Source: a virus (taxonomy: Duplodnaviria; Caudoviricetes). Taken from it: a DNA stretch of 34,693 nucleotides. The notes below the pieces were generated by a model, which saw only the letters and a program-made list of their open reading frames with translations, ran no database searches and was not told the origin of the DNA. The DNA lies in IMG/VR virus record IMGVR_UViG_3300044262_000043, positions 1 to 34,693 of that record; one strand, 5' to 3'. The position numbers and the translations under genes were made by a program. Within the stretch, counting starts at the first letter, position 1. Each line of letters opens with the position of its first letter. This document shows positions 14,381 to 23,270 of the stretch, piece after piece.

Positions 14381-17200
14381 ATGGCTGGCGGTCAATCAGC
14401 CAGCTTTGGTCAAGGGTCAGTCAGCGAAGTAACGACCGTTGCACTGGCCGGTAGTGCCATCACTGGCACATCCGGCGATGTTACGGTCCCGAGTCTGCCG
14501 GTCGATGTTGCGGCTACGGGCAGTGAAGCGGTACTGGCGGCGGGCAGCGTCGCCAATAACGTCCACTTCATTCGCCTGCGCTCGCGCAAGAGCGGCAGCG
14601 GCACGGCCACCTTTGAGCTAGCGGGTCTCAGCTTCCCTTCCGGCGTTGGCACGGCGGCGGTTGCACACGTGTCGCCCATCAGCGGTCAGGCCATCCTGTC
14701 GCTGCAGGGCTCATTCGGCAAGACGCGCACGCGCGCCCTTGGCGGCACGCAGGTGGTCATTGCCCAGACCAACGTGATCAGCGGCAGCACGCAGCCGTGG
14801 ACGATTGGCGACATCACCTTCGTGCAGGGCGTGCCGCTCGACGTGCAACTGTCGGTGCCGTCGAACTACCTGCTGGGCGGCACCTTCGATGTGGTCGGCT
14901 CGCTGCCCAATGGCGTGACGATGACCCCGGGCGGGCTGGTGCAGTACAACGGCAGCGGCCTGCCCACCAGCGTCGTGGTGCAATTCGGCTATACCGAGCC
15001 TGCGCAGACCGGTGCGCTGCCGGTGCTGACGGTGTACCCGAATAATTCGGGCACCTACCCGTACATGGCGAGCGTGTTCCCGCTGGAAGGCGCCGTTCCG
15101 GCCGGCAAGTTCTTGGTCAGCCCGAACGACAGCACGCTGCGCAGTTCGACGATTTCGACCTACCCGGACGGCAGCGCGCGCGTCATGGTGGTGGCCGGCA
15201 CCAAGGCCATGACGGCGACCGTCGAGCAGACCTTGAACCTTGCCGTCAGCACCAATGAAGCGGCCGGCACGCCACTGACGACGGCTGCCATTGCCGCGCG
15301 CTTCACCAGCGGCATCACGGTCAACTTCCCGCCCAACAGCAGCGGGCCGCAGACGCTCAGCAATTTCTCTAACCCGCACCGTATCTGGTGGGCCAACAGC
15401 CAAGTGATCTGCGCGCGCTACCGGCTGCCCTGTGGCCTTGGCGTCATGGAAGCGCAGATCGACGTGCATGCCTTCGCCACGGGCCACACGTTCGTTGAAA
15501 TCGTGGTCGAAAACGGCCAGATCAATACCGCGCTTGCCACGCCGCCCACGCTGCCGGGACCGAGCCGGATGTACTACACCGGTGCCACGTTCGTCATCAA
15601 CGGCACGAACGTCGCTACTGTCAACATGCCGGCTGGTGGGTCTTACTTCACCACCAACACGCATGAGAAGTTCCGTGCCTATTACGTTGGCGCGTGGATG
15701 AATCAGGCTAACATCGCCACGCCAATTCGTGGCACGTCCGATCCGTTCGTCGAGGTCACGCACGACGTGACGCATATGCAGGCGCATCCGATCTGGCCGG
15801 GTAAGCATGCGCGCGCCAAGACGCACAACCCAACGCTTCCACAGTCCAATGATCAGGGCTATGCGCGACCCGGTGTTGCCACGATAAATCAGGCTTACAC
15901 CAACGACTTTTATCAGCCATGGGATATCGGGCGTTACCGTCCAACTTCGATGGGATCGTCCGGGCTGATATCGCAGTTGATCTGGGAAGAATGGCGTTAC
16001 GTGCAAGGGCCGGATCGCCATACGCGCCGCGCAGTACTGGCAACGTCGCTGGGCTATCTCAGCTACTACATCAACTACCGCGACGCCAATGGGGATGTGC
16101 CTTCGTTTACGCAACTCAATGGCAGGTTCAGAAACACGTATGGCTACCTGCCGTATGAAACTGGCGTCCAGCCTGACTACGCCATCAATCACACCGGAAG
16201 TCAGGGCTTGATGGGCTTCCTGTGCCAGCCGTCGCCATGCTTCATTGAGCTAATGCAGAAGAAGTGCGTCTGGGATGGCACGCAGCAAAGCTCCACGCCG
16301 ATTCTGTATTCCGCACAGGCCGGCGGTGGGGCGCGTTGCTGGGCGTGGTACATACGCCATTTGAATCACGCCATCTTTGCAACGCCTGATGGGCATCCGT
16401 GGAAGGCCAGCGGCGAGAACGCGCTGTACCAGCAGCTTTATCACCTTGACGCATTCCGTCGCAACGGCAACTGCAAGCTCAATGTGCTGAGTTTTGAAAG
16501 TCCGACGCGGCAGACCGATCAGCGGCCAACGACGCAGAACGGCTCTCCGAATACGGGCGGCACGCTGCAGTTTGAAGTTGCCTTCTGGCAGCACACATGG
16601 ATTGTGGCCGAGGTTTACAAGGGTCATAACAGCAAAATCCTCAGCGATGCCACGCGCCGCGCTGATCACAAAGTGTTTAACGACTGGTTGCTGACCGGCG
16701 CCATCCGCATGGTCAACGAGCAGGCGCACACCGGCGGCTGGCGCTATCAGAACCAGTATCAGGTCATCGGCTCGCGCGGCGCGGAAGAAACTAATTGCGA
16801 CGGCATCGCAGACGGCCTGTACCCATACTGGAACGGCTCTGACTTTGGCTCCTATGAGACTTGGGATTTGATGGCGCAAGGTTTCTACTCTGACTATCCG
16901 CCGCCAGAAGGGCCTGCCGGTAATTGGATGGACAACCCGAACACCAGCGCGGCCACGGGCGCGCTGATGGGCACCTACGCATCGCATTCGCCTGTCACAT
17001 TGTCGGGCGGCGCAAGCGGATCGTACTGTGAGGGGGTATGGCCATGGATGGTCTATGCGGTTGAATCCGATCTGCCGGGAGCGGCGCAGATGTGGACCAC
17101 GATGCGTGCCAACCTGCCTAACTTGGGTACTTATATAAACGGCTGGGCCTTCTACGTTGAAAACGGTGTCTGGCCGCGCAATAAACCTCTGGACATATAG
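14381..17200 (+). CDS. Large putative receptor-binding/depolymerase protein (N-terminal repeats, Ig-like domain, helical catalytic-like domain)
   Basis: About 6 LxGxxIxxxxG repeats, LPNGVTMTPGG Ig motif, aromatic-rich C-terminus with RCWAWYIR. Confidence 0.6.
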   Translation: MAGGQSASFGQGSVSEVTTVALAGSAITGTSGDVTVPSLPVDVAATGSEAVLAAGSVANNVHFIRLRSRKSGSGTATFELAGLSFPSGVGTAAVAHVSPISGQAILSLQGSFGKTRTRALGGTQVVIAQTNVISGSTQPWTIGDITFVQGVPLDVQLSVPSNYLLGGTFDVVGSLPNGVTMTPGGLVQYNGSGLPTSVVVQFGYTEPAQTGALPVLTVYPNNSGTYPYMASVFPLEGAVPAGKFLVSPNDSTLRSSTISTYPDGSARVMVVAGTKAMTATVEQTLNLAVSTNEAAGTPLTTAAIAARFTSGITVNFPPNSSGPQTLSNFSNPHRIWWANSQVICARYRLPCGLGVMEAQIDVHAFATGHTFVEIVVENGQINTALATPPTLPGPSRMYYTGATFVINGTNVATVNMPAGGSYFTTNTHEKFRAYYVGAWMNQANIATPIRGTSDPFVEVTHDVTHMQAHPIWPGKHARAKTHNPTLPQSNDQGYARPGVATINQAYTNDFYQPWDIGRYRPTSMGSSGLISQLIWEEWRYVQGPDRHTRRAVLATSLGYLSYYINYRDANGDVPSFTQLNGRFRNTYGYLPYETGVQPDYAINHTGSQGLMGFLCQPSPCFIELMQKKCVWDGTQQSSTPILYSAQAGGGARCWAWYIRHLNHAIFATPDGHPWKASGENALYQQLYHLDAFRRNGNCKLNVLSFESPTRQTDQRPTTQNGSPNTGGTLQFEVAFWQHTWIVAEVYKGHNSKILSDATRRADHKVFNDWLLTGAIRMVNEQAHTGGWRYQNQYQVIGSRGAEETNCDGIADGLYPYWNGSDFGSYETWDLMAQGFYSDYPPPEGPAGNWMDNPNTSAATGALMGTYASHSPVTLSGGASGSYCEGVWPWMVYAVESDLPGAAQMWTTMRANLPNLGTYINGWAFYVENGVWPRNKPLDI

Positions 17201-17202
17201 CC

Positions 17203-19107
17203 ATGGCCCGCGTCGTCAGCAACAACGTCACCGTCACTGTGCAGAGTAATGCGCTGCCGGCATGGCTGCCCACGCGCGGCAAGTTCTCTGATGGCCAGCA
17301 GCCCAATGGCAACGTCATGCTGGCCAGTGCTATCGATCCCGACAAGTGGATGGAAGATGGCACGCCGCAGGTGTATGCCGGCCGTCCATTTGGCGGCTCG
17401 CAGGGCGACTTCGACAACGTGTGGAAGCAGCAGAACGGCGGCGACATCAATTACGAAATGGGCCAGTACGGCACCTTCTTCCTGTTTGGTGGTGGCCACT
17501 TCGCCTACAACGGTTGCACCGTCATCACCTACGACATCGGCACCGGAACGTGGGACACCCTCACCTACCCGCCCTATGCCAATGCGGAAAAGAAGATCAT
17601 CAACGGCTCGGTGGCCAACCTGACCGGCACGGTAGTCACGCTACCTGCCAGCGAGGACAACAACCTCGTCGTCAACAAGATTGGTGCGTACTACAAGTAC
17701 ATGGACTACACCTACATTCCGGGTGCAGGCACCGATCCGAATGGCACCGACTGCCCGCTTGAGGGGCCGGGGCTGTTTCCATATCCGATCCACTCCAACT
17801 GCGGCATCCAAATCCTGCCATCGGACGCCGGCGGCGGGCCAAAGGGTTCATTGCTCATTTGCGGACATGATCAGACCGGGCTGACCATTCCATCGGGACC
17901 GGCCCACATTTTCAGGCTCGATTGCGATACCAAGATATGGTCGCGGACATCACTGCCGCTCACCATGGTGTACTCGACGCCGGCGCTGAGCTACGACCGC
18001 AACCGCAAGCTGATGTGGTACTGGCCGGCTGGCGGCACGTGGGGGTTTCGCCCTGTAGCGCTGGACTATCGCAACGATTACCTGAACCCTGCCTATCACC
18101 GGCCGACCAGCAGCACGCCATCGTGGTCCAACTATTTGACGATCCCGCTCTACATTCCATCGCGTGACATTTTCATCTCGCTGGATGGGCAGACTACGCC
18201 TTTCTATAACGACGGCATGTTCCGCGTTCCGCGCCTGCTGGTGGCGCCGTTGTGGGGATATCAGTTCGGTAACTCGACGGCAATCAACTTCACGGCGGTG
18301 ACGACCAATCCGACGTCGGCTTACTACCGCGACCAGATATGCAAGGGGCTGGATACCGGCTGGCCCGGCTATCGCGCAGCACCGACACAGGGGCAGACCG
18401 ATAGCGACTACTGGAAGGGCGGCAGTGATAGCGGCAATTTGATTGCGGGCGGTTCGTTCGGGCCGCGACCGTCCACTTATCGCGGCACGTATACCGCGAA
18501 TGCCGCCACCGATGAATTGACCCTGAATGGCAGTCTGTCTGGTGTCACGGTGGGCGCGCGCGTGTTCTTTGGCCGCGTCAACTTTGTGTCGCAAGAAGCC
18601 GTTGGCACGATGACTGGCGGCATCGTCGAAGGCAAGTACTACGCTGTCCAGTCAATCACGGGCAATGTGATCAAGCTGAGGGTCTCGGAAGGCTCTTCGG
18701 TCACGCTCGATATCACCAGCAACGACGGCGGCGAATACTGGATTCACGACGGCAAGATTCGCGGCGCGCAGGACAAGCTGGAATGGTGCGAAGACACCGA
18801 TTCGGTGTTCTTCATCGAACGGCATGCCGGCACCGAGAACAACGTGCCGCGCGCCCAGCAGCAGACGCTGGTGCTGTGGCACCTGTGGATGCCGCCGGTC
18901 GGGCAGGAATTGACTGGCACGTGGACATGGGAAAGAGAAGTGCTGACGCCGATGCCCAACTGTGTCGGCGCCGCCATATCAAACCTTGGCGACATGCCCG
19001 CATGGGGCGGCAAGACCAAGTATGTGAAGGCGCTGAAGTGCGCGTACTACACCGACCGCGACATCCTGCCGGTGCAATTCATCAAATCGAAGTACTGGCC
19101 CGTTTAA
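17203..19107 (+). CDS. Putative beta-propeller (Kelch-like) receptor-binding protein
   Basis: FLFGGGH..Y...YDIGTGTW, RLDCDTKIW and YDRNRKLMW blade motifs. Confidence 0.6.
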   Translation: MARVVSNNVTVTVQSNALPAWLPTRGKFSDGQQPNGNVMLASAIDPDKWMEDGTPQVYAGRPFGGSQGDFDNVWKQQNGGDINYEMGQYGTFFLFGGGHFAYNGCTVITYDIGTGTWDTLTYPPYANAEKKIINGSVANLTGTVVTLPASEDNNLVVNKIGAYYKYMDYTYIPGAGTDPNGTDCPLEGPGLFPYPIHSNCGIQILPSDAGGGPKGSLLICGHDQTGLTIPSGPAHIFRLDCDTKIWSRTSLPLTMVYSTPALSYDRNRKLMWYWPAGGTWGFRPVALDYRNDYLNPAYHRPTSSTPSWSNYLTIPLYIPSRDIFISLDGQTTPFYNDGMFRVPRLLVAPLWGYQFGNSTAINFTAVTTNPTSAYYRDQICKGLDTGWPGYRAAPTQGQTDSDYWKGGSDSGNLIAGGSFGPRPSTYRGTYTANAATDELTLNGSLSGVTVGARVFFGRVNFVSQEAVGTMTGGIVEGKYYAVQSITGNVIKLRVSEGSSVTLDITSNDGGEYWIHDGKIRGAQDKLEWCEDTDSVFFIERHAGTENNVPRAQQQTLVLWHLWMPPVGQELTGTWTWEREVLTPMPNCVGAAISNLGDMPAWGGKTKYVKALKCAYYTDRDILPVQFIKSKYWPV

Positions 19108-19116
19108 GGAATCATC

Positions 19117-20484
19117 ATGGCGAACCTGCACGTTCTTTCCACCGGCAGCAACACCGCGCCCTATGACACGTGGGCCAAGGCCGCTACTGCACTGTCCACG
19201 GCGACCACGGCCGCTGCGGCGGGCGATACGATCTTCGTCAGCAACGCGCACACCGAGACCGCCGCCGGCCAGACCATCACATTCACCAACGGCACGCAGG
19301 CGCAACCGATCTACGTGATTTCCGGTGTGCCGGACACCACCAGCAACATCACGTCGCGCACGGTAGGCGGCGAAGTGAAGTCGAGCAACACGACTTTCCT
19401 GATCAATGGCGGCGCGGCCTACATCTACGGTATGAAGTTTGAATGTACCAGTGCCACGTCCACCCAGTTTTCGTTTGCCGGCAGCGCCAGCAGCAATCAC
19501 ATGTATGACGCCTGCGTGTTCACGCATTCCAGCACCGGTAGCAGTGGTCGCATCGTGTTTGGTCCGACTAGCACATCCTCTGCGTTCCCGCAGGTGACGC
19601 TGAAGGGGTGCAGTTTCAAGTTCTCGCATGCTTCGCAGAGCATCATTGTCAACGCGCACATGCGCATGATTGGCGGCAGCTTCATCAGCGGCACCAATCC
19701 GACTGCGGTGTTCTCGCTTGGCGAGAACGGTCGCGGCGGCATTCTGAATGCGACCGGCGTGGACTTTTCTGCCAACATCGGCACGTCGTTCAATATCTTC
19801 AATTCGGCCACCAGCGCATCGACGCAACTGGGCCGGGTGCGCAACTGCAAGATGCCGTCGTCATGGACTGGCCGCGCCATTGCGGTCAACAAACCTGACA
19901 ACGGTGGTTCGCGCTTTGAACTGCTCAACTATGGCGACACCGACACCAACTACCGTTTCATCACGGCGGACTCCATGGGGGTCTGCAAGGAAAGCGTGGC
20001 GGTCTATCGCACCAGTGGCGCGCAGGACGAGGCGACCCAGTATTCGATTGAGATGGCCAGCACCGCCAACGTCAGCCATCCGCACTGCGCGCTGCGCTCG
20101 CCGCCGATCATGATCCGGCAGGAAGCGGTGCCGGGCGGCGCCACGCGCACCGTCAAGGTCGAAATCGTGCATGACGGCGCATCGGCCCTGACCAGCGCGC
20201 AATGCTGGCTGGAAGTCGAGTTCTTGGGCACTTCGGGTTATCCGATTGCGACCCTTGCGCACGATACCGTCGAGGCATTGCAGTCGGGCGCGGCACAGGC
20301 ATCAAGTTCCGAGGCGTGGACCGGCGACAGTGGCACCGGCCCGAATGGCAGCACCACATGGAATACGCTCAAGCTGGAAGTGCCTTCGCTGGTATTTGAG
20401 GAAACCGGCTACGTGATCGCCACGGTTTGTTTGGCGGCGGCTTCGACCACGATCTACGTCGATCCGAAGATCACGATCAGCTAA
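19117..20484 (+). CDS. Right-handed beta-helix tailspike-like protein
   Basis: APYDTWAKA...AAAGDTIFV capping motif, then Ser/Thr/Asn beta-helix rungs and a C-terminal IYVDP sandwich. Confidence 0.7.
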   Translation: MANLHVLSTGSNTAPYDTWAKAATALSTATTAAAAGDTIFVSNAHTETAAGQTITFTNGTQAQPIYVISGVPDTTSNITSRTVGGEVKSSNTTFLINGGAAYIYGMKFECTSATSTQFSFAGSASSNHMYDACVFTHSSTGSSGRIVFGPTSTSSAFPQVTLKGCSFKFSHASQSIIVNAHMRMIGGSFISGTNPTAVFSLGENGRGGILNATGVDFSANIGTSFNIFNSATSASTQLGRVRNCKMPSSWTGRAIAVNKPDNGGSRFELLNYGDTDTNYRFITADSMGVCKESVAVYRTSGAQDEATQYSIEMASTANVSHPHCALRSPPIMIRQEAVPGGATRTVKVEIVHDGASALTSAQCWLEVEFLGTSGYPIATLAHDTVEALQSGAAQASSSEAWTGDSGTGPNGSTTWNTLKLEVPSLVFEETGYVIATVCLAAASTTIYVDPKITIS

Positions 20485-20493
20485 GGGGCAGCC

Positions 20494-20679
20494 ATGGCCA
20501 CCAAGCAATTCCTTGTCACGACGTGGGGCGCGATTGTTGGCGAGACCAACAACTTCGAGGCGGTGGCGCCGTTTGGTTTCGTGATCAACGAAAGCCAGAG
20601 CGGCCTGACTACGCTCGGCGGCTCGGCCATCACGCCGCAAAGCGGCACGGCCGTACCGCTGTTCCTGATCCCACTTTAG
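20494..20679 (+). CDS. Small adaptor-like protein with one island repeat
   Basis: 61 aa, PFGFVINES then LGGSAITPQSG. Confidence 0.65.
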   Translation: MATKQFLVTTWGAIVGETNNFEAVAPFGFVINESQSGLTTLGGSAITPQSGTAVPLFLIPL

Positions 20680-20685
20680 GCGTCC

Positions 20686-22254
20686 ATGGCAGGCGGCCAG
20701 TCATTCAGCAGCGCCGCCGGCTCACTGGGCCGGGTGGTGACGGTCGCCTTGTTTGGCTCGGTCATCGGGCTATCGCAAGGCAATGTCACGCCCAGTAATC
20801 CCACGGTCGGGGATCGCACATCGGCGTTGAATTCCAGCGGCACGCTGGCCATTGCCAGCAGCGGCATCCTGAGTCGGCAACTGACGTTGCCTATCGTCAA
20901 TCCGGTCATGGCGGCGCACCAGCATGCGGTGGGCGCCGACTGGGGCCCGATGGCGATCATCAGCGAGGAAACCACCTATAGCCTGCTGACGCCACAGGGC
21001 CGCTTCGTGCAGGAAGCGCGCGAACTGACCGGTGGCAGCGGCCCGGGCATGACGGTGGGCCAGACCACGCCCACGGTGCTGAACCTGCAGCCGGCGCTGA
21101 CCGGCATGCAGATCAGTGGTGGCACCGGCGTGATCGGGCCGCAAGGCGCCCCGGTGACAGTCAACATCACCGGCGAGGAAATCGAATTCTTCACCGGCGA
21201 CGTCAACGCCAACCAGTTGAGCGGGCAGGGCATGACGTCGGCGCAGGGCGCCTTCGCCAAGTCGCTTGGTGGCATCACGCTCGTCGGCCAGTCGATGAGC
21301 ATGACGCACGGCATTGTCTCGGCCAACCTTGAGGCTGATGACAATGTGTACATCACCGCACAGGCCGGCATTGCGCCGGTGCTGTTCGACATCACGCTCA
21401 CCGGGCAGGAAATCCTTGGCGGGCAGACGGCGCCGCTGATACTGGGCGACGTCGAGGCGGTGCTGACCGGGCAGGAAATCACGCTCGAAACCAACGCCCA
21501 GATCGGCATTGGCGTATCGATTGATGGGCAGGAAATCGTCACCGGCCAGTACCCGGTCGGCGCCCCGGGCTACGGCCAACTGGTCGGCCAGTCGATGACC
21601 GCCTTTGCCGGCCGCATCTACGACACCGAGGACCGCGACGCCGCACTGGTCGGCATCGAAGTCGCCGTGCAGGCCGGGGCCACCTTCGCCTCGCCGGTCT
21701 GCTTCTACACCGGCCAGACCATCACCTGCGAGCAGCAGGGCATCGGTCCGCGCGTGGTGGACATCTTTGGCGAATCGATCCAGATGTCGCAGGGCTACCT
21801 GCTGCCGCCCGGTGTGGCGCAACCACTGGGTGGCGGCGGCGGCTACCGCAAGCGCTGGCCGCGCCATGCGCGCTTCATCTACACGCGCATTCCGTCCGAA
21901 GAGGAAGTGCTGGCCGAACGCGAGCGCATGGGCATCCTGCCGAAGCGCACGCAGAAGTTCATTCAGGCGGCCGTCAAGAAGGCATCCGACGTATCCACCC
22001 GGATACAGGCGTCGGCACTGCTGCCGGCCTACCTGCAGGAAGCCAAGCAGCGCGATCTGCTGGGTACGCTCAAGCAGCAGGCCGAGGGCGAGGGCGTGCG
22101 CTGGACCGACGACATCTTCCCGATCAGCCAAGCGCTGATCATCGATTCGCTGCACCGCAAGGCCGATGGGCCACTGCTGAAACAACTTCTTGAGGAAGAA
22201 GCGGCCGAGCAGGCCGAAATAGACGAAATCCTAGAACTATGGATGGAACTTTAA
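20686..22254 (+). CDS. Repeat-array virion protein (putative fibre template/ruler) with charged C-terminal anchor
   Basis: About 18 copies of a ~20-aa LxGQxIxxxxG motif, then GGGGG-YRKRW and a helical acidic end (EEEAAEQAEIDEILELWMEL). Confidence 0.65.
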   Translation: MAGGQSFSSAAGSLGRVVTVALFGSVIGLSQGNVTPSNPTVGDRTSALNSSGTLAIASSGILSRQLTLPIVNPVMAAHQHAVGADWGPMAIISEETTYSLLTPQGRFVQEARELTGGSGPGMTVGQTTPTVLNLQPALTGMQISGGTGVIGPQGAPVTVNITGEEIEFFTGDVNANQLSGQGMTSAQGAFAKSLGGITLVGQSMSMTHGIVSANLEADDNVYITAQAGIAPVLFDITLTGQEILGGQTAPLILGDVEAVLTGQEITLETNAQIGIGVSIDGQEIVTGQYPVGAPGYGQLVGQSMTAFAGRIYDTEDRDAALVGIEVAVQAGATFASPVCFYTGQTITCEQQGIGPRVVDIFGESIQMSQGYLLPPGVAQPLGGGGGYRKRWPRHARFIYTRIPSEEEVLAERERMGILPKRTQKFIQAAVKKASDVSTRIQASALLPAYLQEAKQRDLLGTLKQQAEGEGVRWTDDIFPISQALIIDSLHRKADGPLLKQLLEEEAAEQAEIDEILELWMEL

Positions 22255-22268
22255 AGGGGTAGGGAACC

Positions 22269-23231
22269 ATGAGCGATGACGTTGCCAGTCCAGCACCGGA
22301 AGGCACAGAAGCACCAGCAGCAACGAATGATGAGGTAATCCAGCAGACCGCGCCCGAAGGTGGCGATGATGGCGAGGGCTACGATGGCGGATACGTCGGC
22401 CAGTCGCCGGCGCCGGCGCTCAGCGAAGAGGATTACCTGATCAACTTCCTTGGCACCGACAAGTTCACGCTGCCCAAGGAAACGCCCGAGGAAATCCGCA
22501 CCGCGCTGAAGAACCTTGAGAAGTCGCTGAACAAGGGCTGGACCGAAAAGAACATGCGGCTGGCCGATGAGCGCCGCCAAGTGCTGGCCGAGCGCGAGAA
22601 CGTGCAGGCCGAAATTGAGGCAGAAAGAGCGACGTTAAAGGAACTTGCCGCAAAGGAATCTTTACAATCCCGCGTTGACGAGTATGATAAAGTCGATTGG
22701 GTGCGATGGGCACAGACTGACCCCAGCGCTGCGCAAGCGGCGTGGATGGCCGCCGAAACGGACCGCAGGCAACTTGCCAAGCTGAGTTCGGATATCGAGG
22801 CCAAGCAAGGTGAGCAACGCCAGAAGCACCAGCAAGCGGCCGAAAGCTGGCTGCGACAATCGACAGAACGGCTGCAAAGCGAAATCAAGGACTGGTCCCC
22901 GGACAAGGGAAAGGCCATCGCTGAGTTCGTAGCGCGCTCGTATCTGACCACTGATGCGCCGACCATGGATCGGAATGCCCTGCAAGCAGTTGCATGGCAC
23001 CCCGGGCTCATGAAGATGGCGCATGACGCGATGCAGTATCAGGAAGTCCTGAAGCGCGCGTCCACCAAACCAGTAACAAACACCACACCGGCCGTACCGG
23101 TCCCGAAAGTCGCGGGAGTTGCGCCAGTAGCGAAAGACCCCGACAAAATGACGGACAAGGAATGGATGGCGTGGCGAAACGCCGACCAAGCACGCAAGCG
23201 TGCCGCAGCGGCAGCCAAACAACGTCGATAG
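22269..23231 (+). CDS. Capsid scaffolding protein
   Basis: Acidic disordered N-terminus, GWTEKNMRLADERR, VDW...TDP, coiled coil, MTDKEWMAWRN C-terminus, directly before the coat gene. Confidence 0.88.
   Translation: MSDDVASPAPEGTEAPAATNDEVIQQTAPEGGDDGEGYDGGYVGQSPAPALSEEDYLINFLGTDKFTLPKETPEEIRTALKNLEKSLNKGWTEKNMRLADERRQVLAERENVQAEIEAERATLKELAAKESLQSRVDEYDKVDWVRWAQTDPSAAQAAWMAAETDRRQLAKLSSDIEAKQGEQRQKHQQAAESWLRQSTERLQSEIKDWSPDKGKAIAEFVARSYLTTDAPTMDRNALQAVAWHPGLMKMAHDAMQYQEVLKRASTKPVTNTTPAVPVPKVAGVAPVAKDPDKMTDKEWMAWRNADQARKRAAAAAKQRR
22661..22688 (+). promoter_or_regulatory. Possible internal sigma-70 promoter in the scaffold gene
   Basis: TTTACA-16 nt-TATGAT within a locally AT-richer codon patch. 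Confidence 0.4.
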
Positions 23232-23270
23232 TGTCGTGGTCCCCTGTGCCCACGGCACGGGGAAGATCAA

